Shown piece after piece: positions 52,555 through 64,000 of a stretch of 64,000 nt of DNA. Under the pieces are notes generated by a model. That model saw only the letters and a program-made list of their open reading frames with translations, was not told the origin of the DNA and searched no databases. The stretch lies in the NCBI GenBank assembly GCA_051294375.1, contig CM119270.1, positions 322,713 through 386,712 on the forward strand, in the 5' to 3' direction. The translations under genes and the position numbers were made by a program. This DNA is from Paraspadella gotoi (Eukaryota; Animalia; Chaetognatha). How positions within the stretch are numbered: position 1 is the first letter of the stretch; the number at the start of each line of letters is the position of its first letter.

Positions 52555-53446
52555 TTTAATTATTTATATAGATGATTTACATTTTTAAATTCCTGCATTA
52601 TTCTTCAAAAACAAAAACAAACAAACAAACAAACAAAGACTCTGAACTGATCGATTTTCAAAAAAAAAAAAAGAAAAAAACCTGACGGAAAACAATTGAA
52701 CAGTTTTGGACAGAAAAGGCGACGGGTGCTGCCATCTGTGGCGGTTTTCTCTCAAACGAAGCGCGAAAGAAGGGAAAAAAGTAAAAACAAAAGGCTGTTA
52801 TGTCATGTTATGTTATGTCGCTATGTTAGTCTCGTCCAGAGAGAACTCCATAAGACGCTTATCGGTCTGTCTGTTTGTGTGTCTATCGGTTAAAAAAAAT
52901 TTAAGCTTTAATATAGAAATGTCTTACAGAAAAAAAGGCTTAATAGTCTGAATTAGGTGGGAAGATAGAATGTTTCTTACGTCCAATGAGAGTGGCTATT
53001 AAAGCTTACTTATTAAAATCAATTGTAGTTACATTGCGCTTAGTTGCCTTTTTTTCGACATGAAAACAATTTTAAATATTGATCATTGTTATTACTTTTA
53101 TTATTTTTTTTCTCTTATCTTTTTTAAACGCGTTTGTAAGTAGAAGTAAGTAGAAGAACTGACTGTATTTTGTCTTTGATTTTTTTTTACTGAATCAAAC
53201 CTTTGCATTGGAATAAAAACGCATATATTACTAAAAATTTTAAATCAATATTGCATACCAGAATAAATTATTGAGAATGCCTGTCCAAAGTCAGGGGCAA
53301 GATAGTTTATTTATTAAATGAATGGATAATTTTTATATTGGTTGTTACAATTATGGTAAACAAACATTCCCGTTAGTTTTGCGTCCACTTGTGAGTTTAA
53401 AAAAAAAATAAAAGAAAGCAATTTTTCAAAGGATTTTCCTTTGGGG

Positions 53447-53479
<33 letters not shown>

Positions 53480-53498
53480 GGAGGAGAGAGAGAGAGAA

Positions 53499-53546
<48 letters not shown>

Positions 53547-54091
53547 GGAGAAAGATAGGACCGAGTTTATTTAGTTAAATTAATTCCCCCCCCCGAGTTA
53601 TTTTTTTTGGGAGTTAAAGTAATGGTTTTTTTTTTTTTAATAATGTTTATTTAAATTTTATGTGTACTCTATAAATGTTATATATTATATTAATGATTAT
53701 ATAGTAAAATTAATAATAATCTTTTTTATATTTAATGTTTTCACCTTTTTTTTTTTTAATATATTCAAATACGTCTTTAAATATAACATGCCTAACTATA
53801 TACTCAAATCACGTTTTCTTATAACAACACACTTACTACATACTAATTTTCTATTTAGATTATACCTCACCTTATTTTATACATGTATTAACTTTATTAT
53901 GTAATAAAAGACAAAAATTTTTTTAAAAATAAAAATATTAAATCAAATCATTAACGTATTAAAAAAATAAAATAAAAATCAAGGCCATTTATTTTATTTT
54001 ATATTATTAAAGCCTCCGTAATTCCCTTTCTCCATTTCAAATTCGTCTCTCCTCTTTCTCTCTCTCTCTCTCTCTCATCTCTCTCTCCTTC

Positions 54092-54125
<34 letters not shown>

Positions 54126-54713
54126 TCTCTCTTTCTCTTTTTTCTCACACCTCTTATTATTTCATCATATTTTTTGTCTCTGTCTCTGTCATATTTTCTT
54201 CCTTAATCTTTTTCTCAGTTTTTCTTTTCTTTAAAAAAAATCATTTTTTTTCCTCAATTTTTTTTCATTTTTACTTTTGACTTTTGACCCGAAAAGATTT
54301 CGTCTTTCTACGTCGTCGTCATCGTCGTCGTCGTCGTTGTCCTCAAAGGCGAATCGATATTTGAAAACAAAATGTTTTTTCAATGTTTTTTATCTTGTTT
54401 TTGTTTTGTCAGTTCTTTTTTGTTTATAGTTGCTGCTTCTTTTTAACTATGAAAACAATATTTAATACAATAGTACATTATGAAATAATTAAACCAACTG
54501 ACATGATATAGAATATTTTCTTCCATTTTATGAGTGATTAATTTTCTTTTCTCAAGAGATTTTAAATTTGACTATCTGTTTCTTTCTGTCTGTCTGTCTG
54601 TCTTTCTGTCTCTCTGTCCGTCTGTCTCCGACTTTCTCAGTATCTTTAAATCTCTTTCTTTCTTAAGCTATCTTCCCATTTTTAAGGGCAGTCTTAATGC
54701 CAAGGCTTTTCTT

Positions 54714-54744
<31 letters not shown>

Positions 54745-56022
54745 TAGTCTCTCTCTTTCTCTCTGTCTCTCTCTTTCCTTTTTTTAAATTCCCTCGCGAT
54801 TTTCTCTCCTTTTCGTTTATTCTATCAAAGTTCGTCTTTTGTCTTTTCTTCGTCTCCATCTTCCATTTTTTTCCTTTTTTCTTCCTTTTTCTCCCTTTTT
54901 TCTATTTTTTTCTTTTTTTTCCCTTTTTTCTATTTTTTTTCCCTTTTTCTTCCTTTTTCTCCCTTTTTTCTATTTTTTTCTTTTTTTTCCCTTTTTTCTA
55001 TTTTTTTTCCCTTTTTCTTCCTTTTTTTCNNNNNNNNNNNNNNNNNNNNNNNNNNNNNNNNNNNNNNNNNNNNNNNNNNNNNNNNNNNNNNNNNNNNNNN
55101 NNNNNNNNNNNNNNNNNNNNNNNNNNNNNTTTAATTATTTATATAGATGGTTTACATTTTTAAATTCCTACATTATTCTTCAAAAACAAAAACAAACAAA
55201 CAAACCAACAAAGACTCTGAACTGATCGATTTTCAAAAAAAAAGAAAAAAAGAAAAAGACCTGACGGAAAACAATTGAACAGTTTTGGACAGAAAAGGCG
55301 ACGGGTGCTGCCATCTGTGGCGGTTTTCTCTCAAACGAAGCGCGAAAGAAGGGAAAAAAGTAAAAACAAAAGGCTGTTATGTCATGTTTTGTTATGTCGC
55401 TATGTTAGTCTCGTCCAGAGAGAACTCCATAAGACGCTTATCGGTCTGTCTGTTGGTGTGTCTATCGGTTAAAAAAATTAAGCTTTAATATAGAAATGTC
55501 TTACAGAAAAAGGCTTAATAGTCTGAATTAGGCGGAAGATAGAATGTTTCTTACGTCCAATGAGAGTGGCTATAAAGCTTACTTATTAAATCAATTGATA
55601 GTTACATTAGGCTTAGTTGCCTTTTTTTCGACATGAAAACAATTTTAAATATTGATCATTGTTATTACTTTATTATTTTTTTCTTTTAAACGGTTTTTGT
55701 AAGTAGAAGTAAAATAGTAGAAGTAACTGACTGTATTTGTCTTTGATTTTTTTACTGAAGTCAAAACCTTGCATTGCGAAATATAAAACCGCATATATTT
55801 ACTTAAAAATTTTAAATCAATATTGCCATACCAGAATAATATTGAGAAATGCCTTCCAAACATGGGCAAGATAAAGTTATTTAGTAAATGAATGGATAAT
55901 TTTTATATTGGTTGTCAAATCTATGGTAAACAAACTAATTCCCGTTAGTTTTGCGTCCACTTGTGATTTAAAAAAAAAATAAAGAAAGAAGCAATTTTCA
56001 AAGGATTTTCCCTTGGGGAGAG

Positions 56023-56053
<31 letters not shown>

Positions 56054-56057
56054 GAGA

Positions 56058-56131
<74 letters not shown>

Positions 56132-56204
56132 GAAGAGATAGGAAACCGAGTAAAGCTCCCCGTAATCCTTTTCTCCATTCAAAATTTCTCTCTCTTCTCT
56201 CTCT

Positions 56205-56264
<60 letters not shown>

Positions 56265-56870
56265 TTTTCTCCACCTCTTTTATTTTATCATATTTTTGTC
56301 TCTGTCTCTCTCTTCATATTTTCTTCCTTAATCTTTTTCTCAGTTTTTCTTTTCTTTAAAAAAAAATCATTTTTTTCCTCAATTTTTTTCATTTTTTACT
56401 TTTGGACTTTTGACCCGAAAAGATTTCGTCTTTCTACGTACGTCGTCAATCGTCGTCGTCATCGTCGTCGTCGTAGTCGTCGTTGTCCTCAAAGGCGAAT
56501 CGATATTTGAAAACAAAATGGTTTTTTTCAATGTTTTTTATCTTGTTTTTGTTTTGTCAGTTCTTTTTTGTTTATAGTTGCTGCTTCTTTTTAACTATGA
56601 AAACATATATTTAATACAATAGTACATTATGAAATAATTAAACCAACTGACATGAATAAGAATATTTTCTTCCATTTTATGAGTTATTAATTCTTTTCTC
56701 AAGAGAATTTTAAATTTGACTATCTGTTTCTTTCTGTCTGTCTGTCTGTTCTTCTGTCTCTCTGTCCGTCTGTCTCCGACTTCTCAGTATCTTTAAATCT
56801 CTTTTCTTTCTTAAGCTATCTTCCCATTTTTAAGGGCAGTCTTAATCCAAGGCTTTTCTTTCTTTCTCTC

Positions 56871-56935
<65 letters not shown>

Positions 56936-57240
56936 CTCTCTCTTTCTCTTTCTCTCTCTCTTTTCTTTTTTTAAATTCCCTCCTGAGAGAGAGACACTCG
57001 CGATTTTCTCTCCTTTTCGTTTATTTCTATCAAAGTTCGTCTTTCTTTTCTTCGTCTCCATCTTCCATTTTTTCCTTTTTTCTTCCTTTTCTCCCTTTTT
57101 TCTATTTTTTTCTTTTTTTTCCCTTTTTTTCTTTTTTTTTCTTTTTTCTTTCCTTTTTTCTCCCTTTTTTCTATTTTTTTCTTTTTTTTTTCCCTTTTTT
57201 CTATTTTTTTTCCTTTTTCTTCCTTTTTTCCATTTTTCCC
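52555..57240 (+). repeat. Direct tandem duplication (52555-55029 vs 55130-57240) separated by a 100-N gap, probably uncollapsed alleles
   Basis: Near-identical sequence and identical small ORFs (52696 vs 55275). The first copy has an extra ~440 bp (~53567-54008). Confidence 0.9.
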
Positions 57241-57665
57241 CATTTTGCCCTTTTCACATTTCCATTTTCCCTTTTTTCCAATTTTTGTCCCTTTTTTCCC
57301 CAATTGTCCCTTTCCCCCTTATTCTACTTTTTTCCAATTTTCCCCTTTTTTTGCCATTTTGTCCCTTTTCCCTCTTATTCTACTTTTTCCATTTTCCTCT
57401 TTTTGCCAATTTGTCTCTTTTCCTTCTTTTCTACTTTTTCCACTTTCTCCTTTTTTTTCTATTTTGTCCCTTTTCCCTCTATTCTACTTTTTTTCCATTT
57501 TTCCCTTTATGCTATTTTGTCCCTTTCCCCCTTATTCTACTTTTTTCAATTTCTCCCTTTTTTTCCCATTTTGTCCCTTTCCCCCTTATCTCTACTTTTT
57601 TCCCCGTTTTTCCCTTTTTGCTATTTTGTCCCTTTCCCCTTATTTTACTTTTTTCCCCTTTTTTC
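57240..57665. repeat. Pyrimidine-rich minisatellite (~50-57 bp unit)
   Basis: Recurring ttttgtccctttcccccttattctactttttt..ttttccc units. Confidence 0.8.
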
Positions 57666-59362
57666 TTTCTTTTTCTTTTTCCTTTTCTTTTATGCAGAGG
57701 CGCTAATGCGAATGTCATGAAGACAGACGATTCATGTGAAAACAGTTTTTAATCCTCTGCTCTTTTATACTCTCTCACTCTCACTCTCTCTCTCTCTCTC
57801 TCTCTCTCGCTCTCTCTCTCCACCAAAAGTGATATTTCAACTTCTTTTGCAGTCAAAATCTTCCGCGCTTAAATTCTTTTCAATCAAAAGATTTTTTTTG
57901 TCTCAACTAAAAAAAAAAGTTAAAAAAAAAAACCTCAGATGTTTTTGTGTGATTTTTAATTTCGGCGCGAGAATCTCTTTTAAAGAATCTCCTGGTTACG
58001 ATTGCAATTCTAAGGAGGATTGGAAAGAAGGAAGTCGCCAGATAGAGGCCATTGAGGAAGAGGCCAACATCTGGAATAAATTGCCGAGAAGAAAAGACTT
58101 TCAAGATGGCAACTTGAAATAACTGGACATCATCCATGTCTGCAATAGACCGATCAAATATTGATGACAGTGATAAAACAGTCAGTGATCTATGTCAGTG
58201 ATTGTCCGATCAGGGATTGATGTCAGTGAGTGGCCAGTATATGTCACAATATATTCTTCACGTGATTCTGATCTCTTTCCATTTTTGTGAATATCACATC
58301 GTGACCTCATTCACTCGGGATCGAGACAAACGTCTTCAAGTTTCAGACAAAGTCGGAATCTTAATATTTTCTTTTCTTTTCTTTCTTTCCTTTATTCCTT
58401 ACTTTATCTTTCTTTCTTTTCTCTTCTTTCTTTCGTTTTCTTTTCTTTTCTTTTCTCTTTTCTTTTCTTTTCTTTTCTTTTCTTTTTTTCTTTTTTCTTC
58501 TTCTTTCCTTTTCTTTTCCTTTCTTTTCTTTTCTTCTTTTTTCTACTTTTTTCTTTTTTTCTTTTCTTTTCTTACTATAAAATTCGTTTTTACAGTTTTT
58601 TTCCCTTTTTTCTAAATTTCAATTTTTAATATTTCCAATATTTAATGTATTTATAAATTACTTTTGATAGTAGAATAGTAACATATTACATCATTACATT
58701 TCAAATCTATGGTATTTATTTTTTTAAACTATTAAAAAAAATATTCAAAGGGAAGAAAAAAAAAAGTTTTTCAACTTTCAAAATTCCACGCGATCAATTT
58801 TCGGTTTTTGAAGGTTGAGTCAAATTTGGGAGATATTTGAAAAAGATGGGGAGATAGTAAAGGAGAGAGAGAGTAGAGAGGTAGGGGAAAAGAAAAAAAA
58901 GAAGAAAGAAGATGAAGGTGGGGGAAAGAAAGATGGAAAAGAGAGAGAAAAGAAAGGAGAAATTAAAAAGAGAGGGAGAAAGTAGAGGAGTAGAAAATAA
59001 AAGAGAAGTTTGATCCAAATGTTTTATAAAAAGAAAGGAAAGAGGGAAAAGAAAGAGGAGGGGAGAGGTAGTAGGAAGGGTAAAGGGGAAGAGGAGGAGG
59101 AGGAGGAGGAGAAGGGGAGGAGGAGGAGGAGGAGGGGAAGATTTAAAATAAACAGGAAAAAGAATTCGACGCGAGACATAAAAGTTTTTTTTCAGTTGCT
59201 TGTCAGAATTGTTGTTGTTGTTGTTGTTGTTGTGCCAGGGATGATTGTCACAGATATTGTGATGAGCTGGAGGAGGGGGGGAAAGAGAGATAGAGAGAGA
59301 AGAGAGAGAAGAGAGCGAGACGAGAGACTAGAGAGGATAGGAGGAGAGAGACGAGAGACGAG

Positions 59363-59393
<31 letters not shown>

Positions 59394-59396
59394 TAA

Positions 59397-59427
<31 letters not shown>

Positions 59428-59936
59428 TCCATTTGTGGCTGAAATTTAAAAAAAAGGATACCTGATTTGACTCGAAAATTTCGATTTTTTTCAAGAAATC
59501 GACTTTTTTTTTAAATGGAAGTCGATAGAGAGAAAAAAAGGCAGAAGGAGGACGGAGGTTGTGAAGTAGTGAGGCTGAGGATTTTTAGTCTCAGTCACTC
59601 GTCTTTAAGTATAAATTTGTATTGTATTAAACAAGACACGTTAAGTATCTGTGAATAATAAATCTCTTTTATTCTAATTTTTGTAAAGACATGATTCAGG
59701 TAGTTTGTTCACTTGTTATATGAATTGTATTTAGTCGTTTTTCATGATAAACTTTAAAATTTTTTGTTAAAAAAACATTTTTTTATGAACCATCAAAGAG
59801 AATTTAGCTTTCATGCTGGATTTCAGCGCCTGACGATAGAAGGCAGCCATACTTCTATCTATATATATTATTTATCTATCCATCCATCCATCCGACCTCC
59901 ATCCATCCACTCACCATGCCATTCACTCCGTTTCCA

Positions 59937-60870
59937 CTAGGATTGTACCCCACGTAGGATTGCCGCCCAGAAAATTGCGCCCACAGCATTGGCGCCCCCA
60001 CTTTTATAATTGACACCCGCAGGATTGTGCCCATGTAGAATTGCCCCAATTAGGATTGCGCTCCGTAGTATATCCGCCCACATAGTATCGCCAGTAAATT
60101 GCTGCCCACTTAGAGATGCGCCCCACAAAATTTGCGCCCATTAGGGATTGCGCCCAAAGGATTGGCCCAGTATAATTGAACCCGTGTAGGCTGCGCCATA
60201 AGGGATTGCGCCCATAGGATTGCGCACCCGATAGTATCTGCGCCCACCATACAATTGGCCCAATATAATTGGGCCCATATAGTGATTGGCCCACGTAGGA
60301 TGGGCCCACATACCAAATTAGGGCCCACATATGATTGGTCCCACGTGAATGGGCCCATGTAGGAGTGGGCCTTGATGCGTTGCGCCCACGTAAATCCCCC
60401 AAATTTTTAATATAAAAAAAGAGATGAAGAGAATGGAAATATCACAGTATTCCCATGTAGGTCAATACTACGTGGTTATATGGGCCCAATCCTATGTATG
60501 GGCTCAATAATACTATGGCGGAATCCTACGTGTGCCCACCTATGTGGTGGAATCCTAGTGGCGCGGTAATGCTACATGGCCCAATCCTATGTGGCGGAAG
60601 AATCTAGGTGTAAATGTCAATCTTGTGGGTATCAATTCTTATAGGCGCAATACTATGGACTCAATCCTTCGCCCATATGCCAAGTGTTCCAACAGGTTAC
60701 AATCCAATCTACGGGCGCAGGTCTTAGGTGGGGCCCGCAATTTTGCTATCCTACTATATATGTGGGGCGCCATCTTCGTGGTTGGAAATATGGGCCATTC
60801 TATGGTGGGCGCAATGCTACGTGGGTGCAAATCCTTGGGGCGCAATTTTATGGGGGCCCAAATATCGGTT
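59937..60870. mobile_element. Foldback-type element whose inverted arms are built of ~16-bp subrepeats, flanked by (ATCC)n
   Basis: Left arm units GGATTGCGCCCACGTA (59937-60395) and right arm the complement TACGTGGGCGCAATCC (60465-60870), with a short AT-rich spacer. (ATCC)n lies on both sides. Confidence 0.65.
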
Positions 60871-61232
60871 GGCCATCCTGCGAGCTACATTATCCATCCA
60901 TTCATCCATCCAATCGGTTACCCGGGATCTCGTGTTATCTTTACAACGGAGGCAGGAGGCAGACAGACTTTTACCCCCTTCTCTCTCTCTCTCTCTTCTC
61001 CCTTTCTCTCTCCCCATCCCTTCCCTCTTCCCCTCTTCATAGCCAGGTTAGGCCGGCGTCCTGTGCCCCCGGGGCTGAAAAGCTCGACCTCAGCCTGAGC
61101 CTGAAGCCGCCCGGCTCAAAAAAAAAATCCATTCCATCTGTTTATGATTTTGTTTCTCTTTTTATCGAATTTCAAATTAAAGGAAAAAAAATGGGGAGAT
61201 AAAAAAAACATTTTTGACTCCTGTCATTATCT

Positions 61233-61308
<76 letters not shown>

Positions 61309-61492
61309 GCTCTCTTAATCTTCACAATCGAAGTCAGAAAGCAATTTTTTTTTAAATATTGGAATTGGAATTTAAATTATTTCCATATTGTTTCCGTTTT
61401 TGGCTTTCAACCTCGGCAAAGAGTCATAGTTCAAAGAGAGGAGAGAGAGAGAGAGAAGATTGAAAGGGAGAGGAGAGAGAGAGAGAGAGGAG

Positions 61493-61523
<31 letters not shown>

Positions 61524-61611
61524 TGAGGGAAAGAGAGAAAGAGAAAGAGAAGAAGAGAAAGAAAGAGAGAGACAAGAAGAAAGAAAAGAAAGAGAGGAGA
61601 AGAGAGAGAAG

Positions 61612-61646
<35 letters not shown>

Positions 61647-62091
61647 CAGAGTGGATCTAAAAAAAAACTCGTAAAAATCATACTTTTGACCTCAACGGGT
61701 CGAGGGGTTCGAAATTCGCGGGTAATTCTGAATCAGGCAAAGATTGCGTTTGATATGAGATGAATATAGAATTGAATCAGGCCTGAATATAGCATCTCCG
61801 TGATTGGCTCGTGGTCGAGACGTGTTCATAGAGTTTAGGGTAAGGTTTATGGTAAGGCAGGTTCCGGTATTGCCGGATACTCTCTCTCTCTCTCTCCTTC
61901 AATCTCTCCCTCTACAATGTCCTAGCAAACTCTTTTTTGACACGACCCTTAGTCGGTGACGGTGACCCCAAAATGACCCCAAAATGACCCAAAAATGACC
62001 CACAATGACCCTCCAATGCCCTCCTCCCCCAAAAGCTATCAAAAGGACGAATTTTGCTCAAAGAGCAGAGATCCGAGTATTGACAAAACCG

Positions 62092-62092
<1 letters not shown>

Positions 62093-62138
<46 letters not shown>

Positions 62139-62240
62139 CTCATAATCGGCTCCGCGTTTGAGGTGATAATGAGATTCTCTTCCGTTGGTCATCGTCGTCG
62201 TCGTCGTCGTCGTCGCTGTTGTTGTTGTTGTTATCATCGT
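62093..62240. repeat. (GTC)n/(GTT)n microsatellites
   Basis: Two cgtcgt runs and a gttgtt run. Confidence 0.9.
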
Positions 62241-62339
62241 CGGCGCCTTTGATTGCGTCTATGACATCGCAACCTCCTCTTCCTCTTCCTCCTCCCCCAT
62301 CCGATTCGCGATTGAAGCAAGCCACACGCCATCTCTCTT

Positions 62340-62475
62340 GCCTTGCCACTTACCATGTCACAATGTCTCACCATGCCATTCGCAATGTCTTTCGCCATGC
62401 CATTCGCCACTTCTATCGCCACGCCATTTACAATGTCTTTTGCCATGCCATTCGCAAAGTCTATCCCATTGCCAG
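62340..62475. repeat. 24-bp minisatellite
   Basis: About 5 copies of TCGCCATGCCATTCGCAATGTCTT variants. Confidence 0.8.
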
Positions 62476-62642
62476 TGCTTTTTAAAGTTTTACATTTATA
62501 ATTATAAGCCATATTAATCTTTCCCGTTTCCGATTTTAATCAAATTTAATCTTTCCCGTTTCTACTTCTCCCCATTCCTGTCGACCACCTCATCTCGTTT
62601 CCACCATGAAAACTCGAAAAGACGTTGACCTCGATAGCTAAG

Positions 62643-62752
62643 TCCGCCGCCGCCCGCCGCTGCCCGCCGCCGCCNNNNNNNNNNNNNNNNNNNNNNNNNC
62701 CCGCCGCCGCCCAACCGCTGCCCGCCGCCCCTCGCCGCCGCCCCACCGCCGC
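62643..62752. repeat. (GCC)n-rich tract around a 25-N gap
   Basis: ccgccgccc runs either side of N 62675-62699. Confidence 0.85.
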
Positions 62753-64000
62753 ACACGTTACCTGATGACGGAAAATATCGGTGCCCAACTTTTCACAGCT
62801 ACGATCTCAATAGATTTTTCGTAAAGTTGGTTGTGAATTTAAAGTTCTGAGCCGAGATACTGACCTTAGCTATTTGCGTTTGTTTGTCATGGTTGATTTT
62901 TGTACAAGTTGTCATTTCGAACATAAATTGATTTTTACTAACTTTTTTCGACATGGCGGACTTTAACCTTAGGTAAAAAATAGTTATTTGAAAAAATATT
63001 TACTTCTTTCCACGATTATCAGAAAGCTCTTTTCATAGGGTTCTGCTGAAACCATGCTTCTTTCAATGATTTAAAGGTCGAATTACTGGAATACAGTGGG
63101 CATGCATGATGACAGCATCATTTTTCTCAGTACTTTCTTTCCTTTAAGTTCCAAAATTTTCATCTTTAAGGTCCTGGGTTAACTAGGGTATTAAAACGAA
63201 ATTGAACCTGAGATGGTATTTAATAGTCAGGAGTAGTTCCCATTTATTACCCCCTGTTGCGGTTTTTTTGCGGTTTCCTTTAAGAAAGAAATAGGCCTCA
63301 CCAGTTGATAGTTCATGCAAATTTAAGATAAAGTTAAATTCATTTTAATTATATTTGACTAAAATAAAATAACCTCAACCTTCAGTATTTAAATAAATAT
63401 ATAAGGATTAAAAGATATATTTTTAACTTTTCATTCGATTTATTATTTTTAAAAAAAATTGTTTTCTTCTATGAGAAACCAAAATATTTATCCTAGGATG
63501 TCAAGATCAAATTTTTAAATTGTTTGAAATATTTGAAACTGCATTTGAACATCTCGGTTTTCCTAGGGTTTCTAGTAGTAACGCATTTAAATGTACGTTT
63601 TAATAGTCAATTTTCATATTTCGTCTACTATGGTAAAGCAGTTTCCTTCGGTTTAAATATCAAAAGAGATATAAAGATAAACAAAACAGTAATCTTCGAA
63701 AATTTTTATTTTCTATATAAATTAACTATAAAAAAAGGATGGAAAATCAACTTTGCCGGACAAATCAATTAAAATAGTGGTGATCAATAAAAATATCAGA
63801 ATTATCTGGCCAAATGTCATAAGCAAACTAATATCAGATTAGTCGATAGATCATTTGTCTTAAGAAACTAACAACGGGAACACAGTAACAACGACAAATA
63901 TGCAGTGTAACGTTTCATATTCAATACAAAAAGAAAAAAATTCTTTAAGTTGAATATATTGTTAATTATTATAATTTACTCTTGTTTTTACTGACGACAA

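Noticed and set aside
58020-58125. IWNKLP motif reminiscent of CR1/L2 ORF2 C-terminus
   Set aside because: Too short, and no other reverse-transcriptase motifs nearby.
60589-61202. 169-172 aa ORFs
   Set aside because: They arise from the GC-rich 16-bp subrepeat arm plus a (TC)n tract.
62752-62790. Minimal hammerhead-like CTGATGACGGAAA
   Set aside because: No convincing stem I or III pairing around the cleavage triplet.

Overview
Eukaryotic (probably invertebrate, arthropod-like) draft-assembly scaffold: AT-rich, saturated with (AG/TC)n and other microsatellites, with 13 N-gaps. Three of the gaps are exactly 25 N, and long stretches are indel-noisy, which suggests raw long reads were used for gap filling. 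Almost all ORFs in the supplied track are low-complexity or N artefacts. The best real gene is absent from the track because it is spliced: a two-exon minus-strand precursor of a secreted cysteine-knot (ICK/knottin-like) peptide. It has TATA/Inr, a signal-peptide exon at 9688-9620, a phase-0 intron and a mature exon at 8251-8129, giving MKLLVFVTIAVFVVAAQA-REIKKR-QCGSDGQPCGNGLGCCSGYALRGGSCREIGDEDLPWIPL, and it lacks the expected fifth Cys as assembled. A 2.3-kb block (~18080-20400) carries two convergent GC-rich ORFs that look like diverged paralogues of an unrecognised family, and a second copy of the locus lacks this block. About 20.4-41.1 kb is a noisy direct duplicate of ~41.4-52.0 kb with extra 0.7-kb and 5-kb segments. 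52.6-55.0 kb duplicates 55.1-57.2 kb, and ~2.2-4.5 kb is a gap-centred palindrome. Several foldback/MITE-like elements, minisatellites, a 242-bp TG..CA insertion and a tRNA-derived fragment are also present. All alignments were done by eye, so repeat boundaries are approximate.
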